The translations under genes were made by a program, and so were the position numbers. Below are positions 48,767 to 58,945 of a stretch of 64,000 nucleotides of DNA, one piece after another; position 1 is the first letter of the stretch, and the number at the start of each line of letters is the position of its first letter. Under the pieces are notes generated by a model that was given only the letters and a program-made list of their open reading frames with translations, made no database searches and was not told the DNA's origin. The stretch comes from Utricularia gibba (Eukaryota; Plantae; Magnoliophyta), in NCBI GenBank assembly GCA_002189035.1, contig NEEC01000011.1, positions 2,170,001 through 2,234,000 on the forward strand, given 5' to 3'.

Positions 48767-50911
48767 ATGTTCAGATTTTCTTGCTTTTCTCCTTACGTAC
48801 CGTCCCATAAGCATAAGGTATGTGGAATTCCCTCTTTATCTGCAATGTGTACTCATTTATTTGCATGATCGCTAATTTGTGCATTCCTTCTCTGCATAGA
48901 AAACTGTTCTATCCGGTGAAGCAATGGGGAAAGATCTGGTAGAGTCATCACTAAACAAGACTGGTAAGTCCAGGGCAGATCACTCTCGTGTTAAGCGCGA
49001 GTGCAAATCCCATGAACTGGGCGGTAACTACATTGGAAGTTTTGGTGTCATGTTGCATAAGGACGAAAGCATTAGGAAGAGTTTGTCTCTTGGAAATATT
49101 TTGAACTGGGAAGAGAGGTGTATTGCTGATAGACCAGAGGATGATATGGAAAACAGATTGCTTCATAACTTATCAAAAAATTGCAGTGGCAATGCTGCTG
49201 CAGATGATGTCGATGCTCGTTCTTTCATCCCAACAGATGAATTCCAAGAGCCAGTGCTGTCTGAGTCTGCTCAAGTTGGTTCTGAGTTTACCAAAAACAT
49301 GCCCATCTTTTCTTGTGGGGAATCGTATTTGATAGAGAAGGAGCATCCTGATAAGGATGATCTTTGTGTTCCCATCATTACAAAATCTGCCTCTCTACCG
49401 AGGCTGTGTTCGCCTACGCTGTTACATGTTTCTGCTTTCCATCGCTCTAGATCAGCAGAGAATTTAATTGATTCTAGAAAGGCTTGCACTGAACGTGATA
49501 TTGGAAAACAGATGGACTTTGAAAAAGTTGGGGACAAGACTTATATTGAGAACCTTGCATATGATGCTGATGAGAACTATAACCCCATAGCTTCTGCAAG
49601 ACAGTGGATTGTACCTGATTCTTATGGGACTGATACAGGGATAGACGCAAAGGCACCAACTAAGGATTATAAGCTAAAGCGAATTGAGCAATGGGTTACC
49701 AATCTTCGGTACACTGGCCCTCATGATGAAACTGGGGAGGCTGCTCCATTTGAAGATCATCAGGAGTTGCTTATACTGAATACATCGATGAGCAAACCAG
49801 CCGCTGCAAACTATGATGCGAGTGTAATGCTTGGAGCCGAAGCTGCAAAAACTTACATCTCTTCACTCAACCCCTCAGCAACCACAGCTCAGCTTTGCAA
49901 TCTTGGTCTGGTGGTGATTCCTTTCCTCGGTGCTTTTATCGCCCTCAAAGCACTGAATTTATCCGGAAATGCAATAGGTATGGCATTCTGTATCATTAAT
50001 TCACAACCATTTGGCCTTGTTTGTTCCTGAGAATTCTTACTGTTTTTGCATGTTCACAGTGAGGATCACATCTGGGGCTCTTCCCGAGGACTCCACATCC
50101 TGAACCTCTCTAAAAACTGTATCGCCACAATCGAAGGACTTCGCAATCTTTCACGGCTGCGTGTTCTAGATCTCAGCTACAACCGGATTCTGAGAATTGG
50201 TCATGGTATGCCTCCTCATAGGGCCATAGAAAAATGGGCATCAATATGCTCTATGTACCTCTTTTCCTGCTTCCATTGATCTGATCTGTCTTTTTTTGTC
50301 AAGGCTTGTCTGGGTGTTCCTCCCTCAAGGAGCTCTACTTGGCCGGAAACAAGATCAGCGAGGTGGAAGGGCTCCACCGCCTCCTGAAGCTAAACGTTTT
50401 GGACCTTCGCTTCAACAAGATTTCCACTACTAAATGCCTTGGTCAGCTTGCTGCAAACTTCAGCTGTCTCCACGCACTCAGTTTAGAAGGGAATCCTGCA
50501 CAGAAGCATGTGGGCGATGAACAGCTGAAGAAATACGTGCTGTGCCTGCTCCCCAACCTCACATACTACAACAGACGATCTGTCAAAGTCGGGACTCTGA
50601 AGGATGGCACCGATCGATCTGCGAGATTAGGAATCGGATCGCATCAGATGGATCGTGGGGCGAGGCAGGAAGTTAAGAATATGAGGAGAGGCACCCACGG
50701 AGGAGCTGCGTCGGCAAGAGGCTCCAGCCATCGGAGGGATCACCAGGGAGGAGCAGCGGCAAAAGCAGGGAGCAACAAGCAAGTCCGGCCGGCGCAGACC
50801 AAAGTGAGAACGGACACGACTGGTACTAGTTTGGTGCGGCATCTCCCCGTTGTCAGGAGTGATCTCTCGTTGCCCAAGAGCCGAAGCGATGGGAATCTCA
50901 GAGCCCTTTGA
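48767..50911 (+). CDS. SDS22-like / outer-arm-dynein-light-chain-1-like LRR protein, 4 exons, with -1 frameshift at 50083-50085
   Basis: Exon 1 MFRFSCFSPYVPSHKHK (48767-48817). Exon 2 contains KSASLP and KRIEQWV. LRRs ALNLSGNAI/VRITSGALPRGLHILNLSKN.IATIEGLR, LKELYLAGNKISEVEGLHRLLKL and LSLEGNPAQ. Confidence 0.88.
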
Positions 50912-51134
50912 GTTCTGTTCTGAGCACAACTTTCTGCCATTGGTTATGCACCCGCCATAGCCGTTACCTGATGAACGGCCACGATTGCGCGGGGCGGGCG
51001 TTTTTAATAAATGGAATCACCAACGGTCGAATTTCATTGTTTTCCCATTTAAATGCCACAAGCCTTTCCAGAAATCTTCGAACTCATTTTGCCCTAGCAA
51101 TTTCTTGAAGAATTTGAATTGTTTCAGATCGAGA

Positions 51135-52430
51135 ATGAGTACTCAGCGATTTGTGGAAGCTCCTGCAGATCTTCAGATTTGGGACAACGCCGCTTTCGAC
51201 AACGGGGACTGCTTGTCGCACTCGTGGGGTTCGTTGAAATCGATTTTTGAGAATGGAAGGGCGTCAACAGAATCGGTTTCGGGGAAGGAGAATCAGAGCC
51301 CTGGGGTGGAAAATCGGATGCGCCCCGTTGTTTCTGGTGATGGTGAGTCGAAAATTAGGATTGTTCTGGGGAAGAAATTTGAGGAAAATCCCTTTCTGAA
51401 GCCGGTGGATGTGAATCGAATCAAGGATGAAATTACGTTAGATGAAGAAATTCAAGAGATTGAATCTGAAATTCTGAGGTTGAGCTCACGATTGAAGGCT
51501 CTAAAACTGGAAAAGGCTGAGATGAGAGTCAAAACTGGTGAGAAAAGGGTTTCTCCGGCGAAACCCGCTGATCGGAAACTGAGATTTAAGCCGCCGGAGG
51601 AGTTCCCAAAAGTTAGTAGCAACAGAAAGCAAGATGTAGGGAGAGGAGTGAGTTTAGGGCCTGCTGAGATTGGAAGGAGAAGAAGAGGAATCAGTATGGA
51701 TCCATCTGAGATTCTGTCAACGATGAAATCAAGGCAAGAAATGATCACTCCTTCACAAGATAGAAGAAAGTCCTGTTTCTTCAATCTGCTGGATATTGAT
51801 GAAGAAAAAGTCGTTCCTGCAACTGGTAGAGTAACAAAATCTCATGTTGCTGTTCCACGGCAGGCTGTGAGTACAATCACAGCAAGGAGAAGTGTCAAGA
51901 AGGATGATGGTTTGTTGAGTACCATTCAACCTAAGAAGCTTTTCGGTGAAAAATCCGTACCAGCCGCAAGTAAGAAGCCTGGAAGAGTGGTGGCTAGCAG
52001 ATACAATCAGAGCACCACTGCTTCAGCAATGAAAAAGAGGTCACTGACAGAGAACAACAGCAAGAGATGCGAGAAAAAGCGCTCATTATCGGCAGAGAAA
52101 TCACGGGGAACTGTAACTGATACCAGCAACATAGGAGCTTCAAACAGGACGAAGAAGAAGTGGGAGATCCCAAGCGAGATTGTTCTTCATGACAGTAGTT
52201 TACAGGAAGAGAAGTCGCCTTCGTCATTGATCACAGCAATTCCCAACTTGCTTCCCAAGCTCCGGGTAGCACAATGCTTGAAAGACAGCCCCCGGGACTC
52301 AGGACCTGCTAAAAGGGTAGCCGAATTGGTTGGAAGAAAGTCTGTTTTCGCCACTGATGATGGAGAAGGGGCTTCTGTTTGCCAGGCCCTGACTTATGTC
52401 GAAGAAGATGATGAGATGGAAGAAAAATGA
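51135..52430 (+). CDS. Uncharacterised plant protein (DLQIWDNAAFD motif, coiled coil, basic C-terminal half), single exon
   Basis: Long ORF 50985-52430; first plausible ATG is MSTQRF at 51135. Coiled coil DEEIQEIESEILRLSSRLKALKLEK, RRGVSLGP.EI, PGRVVASRYNQ and RDSGPAKRVAELVGRKS. Confidence 0.8.
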   Translation: MSTQRFVEAPADLQIWDNAAFDNGDCLSHSWGSLKSIFENGRASTESVSGKENQSPGVENRMRPVVSGDGESKIRIVLGKKFEENPFLKPVDVNRIKDEITLDEEIQEIESEILRLSSRLKALKLEKAEMRVKTGEKRVSPAKPADRKLRFKPPEEFPKVSSNRKQDVGRGVSLGPAEIGRRRRGISMDPSEILSTMKSRQEMITPSQDRRKSCFFNLLDIDEEKVVPATGRVTKSHVAVPRQAVSTITARRSVKKDDGLLSTIQPKKLFGEKSVPAASKKPGRVVASRYNQSTTASAMKKRSLTENNSKRCEKKRSLSAEKSRGTVTDTSNIGASNRTKKKWEIPSEIVLHDSSLQEEKSPSSLITAIPNLLPKLRVAQCLKDSPRDSGPAKRVAELVGRKSVFATDDGEGASVCQALTYVEEDDEMEEK

Positions 52431-52677
52431 TTTGGATGTTATAAAGTAGCTGCTCTACATTGTTATCTTCCCTGAACAATCAATTCAAGGATGCTTGTCA
52501 TCTCCTAGCGTTGGAACAGAATCTTTAGAACAAAAAAATGCTCAAAATATCAAATTTCCAGTCAACCCGAGAATGCATAAAGGATGCCCTCACCAACTAG
52601 TCCAATACATAAGAATGTGAAAGGTAAGCTGAAAACCAAATGTCATTGTTGCCTCTTAGTAACATCATTGGTTTGCC

Positions 52678-55127
52678 TCAAATTCGACTGGAGTCCCTTC
52701 CTAGGACAAATCGCCTTCCCCAGTCTGCTACAACCAGGTATCTTGTTCTCCAGCTGACTTGCTTGCTGCAGATGCATTAATGCAAAACAGCATTTTAAAT
52801 TAAGCAGAAGAAAGAACGGATACTAGTATGTTCATTAGGTGGCACTATTCATTCACCTGGCATAAACAGAGTACCACAGCCACTGTGTGCTGTGGCCAAT
52901 GGAGATCCAGTCACCTGGGAGCTCAGCTGCAGCTTGTTCCCCTCCCAGAGGTGCAAACTGACCGAAGTGCTTGTACCTTCATTCCACAAAATTGGTTGAC
53001 AGGTAACACAAGGCAGTAATGCAAGTTGATGCAACCAAATGCTTTTATCACCTAAATGGACGGAAGCGATGCCTTCCTTCACCTCGGAACCGTATAGGGC
53101 CTTCAGGGTTCTTCTCACAGATCTCCATACGGTTGAAGCAGTCAGCAAGATATTGGCCTTGCTGAGCAGCCACCTACAGTATAGGCTTGCAGAAAGTAAG
53201 TTCCAGTGTGCCTAGAATGCATAAAGATCACATAACAGGACGCCAAACCTGTGCTGTTGCTGGAAGATTTTTCATCTGTGAATCAACCTCAGCGAGTGCT
53301 ATCTTAAACTTATCGATATCCAGCTGTTCATCTCCTCCAGAGTTCTTGAGAAGATTGTTAAAATTCTTGAGTTGCTTCTTCTTCAAATAGATTTCAATCT
53401 GTGGATACCTGTCACAGATATCATTGATCACTTCCTTGAAGTCCTCAACTCGAAGGTGTCCAGTCCCTTTTTTGTCTGCTTTGCTGAATATAGCTGCTAT
53501 GTCATCCTGGCAATAAGTTTGCAAGGTGAAGTTTAAACTACAGGAGCCCATCCATCCTCTCGAAACACAAGAAACCTTCCTCAGAGAGAAACACATACCA
53601 TGACTTTACGTTGATTTACTGTGGCACAGTCACCCAAGGCATAGATACTATCACATCCTAGAACTCTTAGCCACTCATCTGTGGCAAGTACTCTTCGGTT
53701 TGCCTTTACCATTTGACACAAAGGAATCAGCACCAGCAAGTGACAATAGACATAAGTACACTGAGATATACCTGACCAATTTCCTTCATAAAATCCATTA
53801 CAACAGGGCGAGTTCCAATGCCAGTGGACCACACAACCATCCCATAAGGTATAGAAACCACTTCTCCTGTTGCTCTTACCTTAGTCATTATTTCCTTTTC
53901 AGTCACCTTTGTAACCATGGAGCCAACCTTCAAATCGATCCCATCTCTTTTGAACTTATCCTCAGCAAAAAGTGTTATCCTTTTGTCAAACCTTCACAAC
54001 CATGGATGGATCCTTCAGTGAGCAAAATGTAAAAGAAGAAGAACAGCATTATTATAACTACTGGGAGCTGACATACATGTTCAAGATGTGGTCACCAGCC
54101 TCAAGTAGTGTAATTTTGACAAGGCTTTTGATGCTGGGGTAAAGCTTTGCTAAATCCTGAGTTACAAAATCATGGAGCTCTGCTGCAAATTCCACCCCAG
54201 TAGGACCACCTCCCACGACAACAAATTTCAGAATCTTCTTCTTTTCCTCCTCACTCACACTTGGAAGACTTGCTCTCTCAAAACAGTTTATCACGGAGTT
54301 GCGAATCCTCTGTGCATCCTCTATTTCCTGCAGGGAGAATGAGAAGCTTGATCCCATATAACATCTCAGCACAAGGTATCACTTGAAGAATTCTAACCTT
54401 CAAGAAATGTGCGTTCTCCACAACACCAGGGGTGTTGAAAGTATTGGGACGAGCACCCATTGCTACAACAAGATAGTCATAATCCAGAGTAAACTCTTCC
54501 TTCTCGTCATTGTTGGATTGCTGGGTGGATCTGCAGTGAACTTTCTTTTTCTCCCTGTCGATTTTATAACACTCAGCTTCTATGAATTGGGCATCGAATT
54601 TCTTCTGCATTCAAATAGGGAGCAAGTCTGTGTTAGTATCAGAATCCATTAAAATCTCCCACAAAAGGATGACGGGATATCTGTTTCACCCTTCCAAGGA
54701 TGTTGCGAATCGGCTCCACGATGCTTCGAGCTTCCACCGTGCCGTTCGTGACACTCGGCAGGAGAGGGGTGAAGGCAAAATAGTTTCTTGGCGACACCAC
54801 CTGAACCTCGTACGATGGGTTCTTCAGATTCTTGAGGAAACTGGTCCCAGCCCACCCTGTTCCCAGAACCACCACCTTTTTCTTAGGAGTGCCAGCAAAA
54901 GAAGGGGTCAAGTTTCCAAACCCATCCTTCGACAGCAACGCTAGTCCTCCTCCTCCTCCTCCTCTGCAATCAAAGAACGTCGACGTTACACAGATCTTTA
55001 GCGAAAAAAAGTGAAAACACAAGAGAACGCAAACAAACCCGACAGTGAAGACTAGGAGCAGTTTAGCGAGATTGGGATTGGAGCGGTAAGCATCGGAAGC
55101 CCTCCGGAAAAATGCGTTGGCGCTCAT
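52678..55127 (-). CDS. NDB: External alternative NAD(P)H:ubiquinone oxidoreductase, NDB type (NDB2-like)
   Basis: [63 protein letters not shown]-hand insert, [27 protein letters not shown] and C-terminal GRDSSRI*. Confidence 0.96.
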
Positions 55128-56078
55128 TCTGCAAAACTTGTTCATCAAGGAAGAAGAGGAATGCGGGAGCGCAGCCCTAATACGGAGACGCATTCATGCA
55201 ACAAAATTCCGAGGATCAGCATCGAACCGTTACGTGAGCCGGGCTTCTTCCCCGTGTTAACAGCTGTCAACCTCGTACACCAATTTCGGCCCATCACTGC
55301 AACTTACTCTCATGAATAAAAAAGGAAAGTTCCTTTTTTGTCTCCATAAATAAGAAATACACCACTATTTTTGGTAGTCTTCGATCCGCATTTAACACAT
55401 GCTTTAAAAATTCTCGCTACCATTTTTAAAATCATTATTCCAATTCCATTTTAATATATAAATAAATTCGAAACTTTGAAGTGACATTTAATTGAAGTTG
55501 AATGGATGCATGTAATTTTACACAGTTGGTCAACTTCTTTTTATAATGTTTCATATTGTGATAATTTTAAATTCTCTCATATATTTAATAATGTTTCTAA
55601 ATTATAATAAATCAAAAAATGAATTAACCTATTTTCAAAATAGTTGTACAGACTAGTGTTTTGGATTCCAATAAAGAGATTGCAAATACAAAAAAAAAAC
55701 ATTAGTATTATAAAAAATCAACAAAAATGAACATGTTGACTTTAGAATACTGTTCCAAAGGAGGCTTCACTGGGGTACTGCATGACTTGAGAAGGTGAGG
55801 CATACATCAGCTGCACACGTCCAGTGAGAAGAAGAGATGAATGATATATCAGCAAGGCACTCTCTCCTAAGATTTCAACAGCCACCAAGCACAGAATGAG
55901 ACACAACACGCAAAATTGGGCAGAGATGAATAGAATGAAACGCATATCAGGTATTTTGTTTTGGCATTTAACTCCAATCTCGTGGAAGTGATGGGGACAA
56001 GAAGCTGACGGCAACACTTCTGGTTTCTGAGTTTTCCAGATCCACAGCCTTTTGATCCGTAGGGTGAGGGTATAGTTA

Positions 56079-56190
56079 GCTCAACTGCAACACACATAGA
56101 GGTATTAGGATTGTGATCACCTGCAATGCCTTTTCATTATGAGGGCTGTGCCGGATCAGCTCATGCGTTGTCCGGAGTTGCATCACGGGC
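56079..56190 (-). ncRNA. Diverged copy (A) of the tandem box C/D-like RNA family
   Basis: Minus strand reads GCCC-GTGATGC (C box)...GGACAACGCATGAG-CTGA...TTGCAG-GTGATCA. It shares 5' and C'-region sequence with copies B-D. The 3' end and D box are uncertain. Confidence 0.4.
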
Positions 56191-56280
56191 TAGCGCTGGG
56201 ATAAAGAGTATGGCATTCATGTAGTAAAGGGTTTAAATGAGCTTAGTAGAAATATCAATATTCAAATGAACAGTAAGAAT

Positions 56281-56397
56281 GCCTCAGATGGTGGAATATG
56301 ATCATTTACAAAACAGATTCACCAAGTAGGTTCTCTCTGCAGAGCAGAGACTTGGCTTCACTGCAGCTCATATAATTTCCACGGTAGCATCATGGGC
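56281..56397 (-). ncRNA. Box C/D snoRNA-like RNA, copy B (117 nt)
   Basis: C box ATGATGC, D box CTGA, terminal GCC/GGC stem, internal CTGT/ATGATCA D'/C' pair, and internal CCAAGT..ACTTGG hairpin. Confidence 0.75.
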
Positions 56398-56498
56398 TAG
56401 GGCTACAATGGGAAAACAACATTCTAGTGACAAAGGTTTAATCGAGGATCCTAGCAATAATAAAAAAAATCAAGTGCACAGCAGGAAGTGAATAGAAG

Positions 56499-56615
56499 GC
56501 CTCAGATGGTGGAATATGATCACCTGCAATACAGATTCACCAAGTAGGTTCTCTCTGCAGAGCAGAGACTTGGCTTCACTGCAGCTCATACATTGTCCAC
56601 AGTAGCATCACAGGC
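56499..56615 (-). ncRNA. Box C/D snoRNA-like RNA, copy C (117 nt)
   Basis: C box GTGATGC, D box CTGA, terminal GCC/GGC stem. Near-identical core to copy B. Confidence 0.75.
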
Positions 56616-56666
56616 TATGTTAGATTGATAAAATGCCAATATATACAGTAGACGTAGATAAACACC

Positions 56667-56782
56667 GCCTAGAAATGTGGATTCCGATCACTTGCGGAAC
56701 AGATTCACCAAGTAGGTTCTCCCTTATGATAGGGACTTGGATTCACTGCCGCTCATATACTATCCACACATTCATCACAGGC
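56667..56782 (-). ncRNA. Box C/D snoRNA-like RNA, copy D (116 nt)
   Basis: Perfect C box GTGATGA, terminal GCCT/AGGC stem, conserved GAACCTACTTGGTGAATCTG core, and an apical hairpin with changed sequence but retained pairing. The D box reads CTA (one base short). Confidence 0.6.
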
Positions 56783-56840
56783 ATTAGTGTTGCACAAGCA
56801 AAAAGAAGGCGCTGCAAAAAAACAGCAACAATAGTCCAGG

Positions 56841-56925
56841 GGCTCAGTTTTGTGACAGCTATATCAATCATGAATTTTCTGAAGCAGAACTGGCGTATTG
56901 TAGCTGTATAAAAATCATCATAGCC
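56841..56925 (-). ncRNA. Canonical-size box C/D snoRNA candidate (85 nt), unrelated to copies A-D
   Basis: Minus strand: GGCT-ATGATGA ... CTGC (D') ... ATGATTG (C') ... CTGA-GCC. Perfect C and D boxes with a GGC/GCC terminal stem. Confidence 0.7.
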
Positions 56926-58139
56926 GCAAACTGAGACACAGCATTTCCAATATCACAAAATCCATCCAATCCTGCTCATGACTCATGGTTTGGAAATCTC
57001 AGTAGAGGTAGCAAACTCATAATGACCAAGATCGAATCTTTTTATAGAAATATACGAATTAAAAACCGTTACTGGAATGAAACCATGAGGATCGTATAAA
57101 GCAATAGCACAGACACACAGCAACCAACAGAAATAACGGCATCGAGCCTATATTGCTACCCCTTATCAACTAGCGATTCATAAAGGAACGAGAAAAGGCG
57201 CAATGTGACCGTCAATTTGACACAAATTAGTCGTGAAGAAAGGTACAGTGAGACAAATCTGCAACACTAGACGGCGTCTATCTAGCACGAGCATTGGGAC
57301 TCCTTCCTTCATCCTTAAGCTCAGAGGAGCCCGGGTAGCTACATGCAAAATCATCTAAAAAAGAAGCACAATCACAAGCAAGGGGGATTCGCGTCGACTG
57401 CAGCGAACCTAAAACTCGAAAATACTAGGTTTGAAGACAGACGATTGTGCAACCAGCTTTTTGTAGTCATCCCGTCCTGGGCTTAGGGCTCTGCAGCGAG
57501 ATGGGCTCCAGCGGAGCTTCACTCCGGCAGCCACACCCAAAGCGCACATCTCATGGCCCTCAAACCACGGCCCACAATAGGCAGCCCGTCTGCAGCCCAA
57601 AACCTATTTAATTTAAAGATATTATTATTCAAAACTCAATTTTCGAAAAATAATTTTAATAAAATAGAAATTGTCTATATAACTCTTTTATGTTAATTTA
57701 AAATTAATTAATTTTTTTAAAAAAAATATGTTTTAAAATCAATTTTATTATAACACATAAATTACTTTTTTTTCAATGAGAATAAAAATTTATTTTAAAT
57801 ATTGTAGAGTCACATCTCAAAGATGTAGTAAATAATTTTTTTTATTTTTAGTATTTTTTTAAATAAAAAAATAAACTATAAATCTTAGAAAAGAAAAAGG
57901 AGATGAAAATGGAGGCGTAGAGTGTGAAATAGACTCTCCGGTTCTATGGAGTAGAAGAAGGAAAAAGTGGGTCGTGTATCATGGCCGCATCTGTCTCGTC
58001 TTCTTCCTTCTTCACTCCATATGCCTGCTTCTCTTTTCCGGAGACCCCGCTAGAAAGACACTCTGCTGGCCTGCCACTCTAACTGGAAAGAAAACTATCC
58101 CTTGTTCTCTTCTGTGGGCTGAATCCGATCGATCGCGGG

Positions 58140-58839
58140 ATGGGGTGCTGTGCGAGTTCTGGTGTTGAGAGTGGAGAAAATGGGCCCCTCGGCCTCAGAT
58201 CGCCTCCTGTCGAGGAGGAGACCGTCAAAGAAGTGCTCTTAGAGACGCGCATTGTTCCTAAGGTTGATGATGGGGAGCTAAGGGTGTTTTGCAGGCGCCG
58301 GCTGCGGCGGTGAGTAACGATCCTATGAGAAGAGTGATAACCCAGGAGAGGAGAGTGGATGATGGGGAGAAGAAACCGAGTGGGGATATTGTTTCTGATT
58401 CCTCGGAGACGTTTAGCTATAGTGACGGTTTACCACATCCGGCGGCGCCGGTCGAGAAGAAAGACTTCAAGGAGGAAGGAGGGGTTCTTGACCAGAGGCA
58501 CCCGGCGAGGAAGCCATGCGCATCTATCCCGACGAGGCGTAATGGGGATGGGGAAAAGCCGGTTGTCTCTTCGCCGGAGAAGAAAACGCCTCATAGGGGC
58601 ACCCGGGGAACGGTAACAACAGAGCAACCGAAGTCCGTGGCGGAGGGAATTTCTGGACGGGATCCCGGAGATGGGTCAGCTAGAAGGTCAAGGATGCCAG
58701 TGAGACGCACCAACAGCCCCCGCGGCGGAATGGAACCGACGAAAAGCGCGTGGGTGCCGCCACGCCTCCTAAAAACGGCGAATTAACGACTGAGGATTCC
58801 CTCGAGAACCACGTCGTTCAACAGGTGTCGGAACAATAA
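58140..58839 (+). CDS. Uncharacterised plant protein (MGCC..., EEETVKEVLxET, RDPGxxSxRRSRxP and SLEN motifs) split over three frames by two apparent -1 frameshifts; intact gene or pseudogene
   Basis: Frame 1 from the ATG at 58140 gives MGCCASS..PPVEEETVKEVLLET. Frame 2 (ORF 58289-58786) gives RDPGDGSARRSRMP. Frame 3 gives EDSLENHVVQQVSEQ* (stop 58837-58839). Confidence 0.65.
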
Positions 58840-58866
58840 TTCAAGGAACAACTAGTAAACATAACT

Positions 58867-58938
58867 GGTCCCATGGTCTAGCGGTTAGGACATTGGACTC
58901 TGAATCCAGTAACCCGAGTTCAAATCTCGGTGGGACCT
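58867..58938 (+). tRNA. trnQ-CUG: tRNA-Gln (anticodon CTG)
   Basis: GGTCCCA acceptor stem pairs with TGGGACC. A-box TGGTCTAGCGG, anticodon arm TTGGA-CTCTGAA-TCCAG, T-loop GTTCAAATC. 72 nt, no intron. Confidence 0.98.
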
Positions 58939-58945
58939 TTTTTTT
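58938..58945 (+). terminator. RNA polymerase III oligo-T terminator
   Basis: T8 run immediately after the tRNA-Gln body. Confidence 0.85.

Noticed and set aside
56281-56782. Repeats as a CRISPR array, or as guides for tRNA-Met wobble methylation
   Set aside because: Eukaryotic context, ~117-nt units and no cas genes rule out CRISPR. The shared ATGAG segment does not place C34 at the +5 position from a D/D' box.
58289-58786. Programmed ribosomal frameshifting as an explanation for split ORFs
   Set aside because: No heptameric slippery sites or downstream pseudoknots were seen, and the same -1 pattern across unrelated genes is better explained by consensus error.
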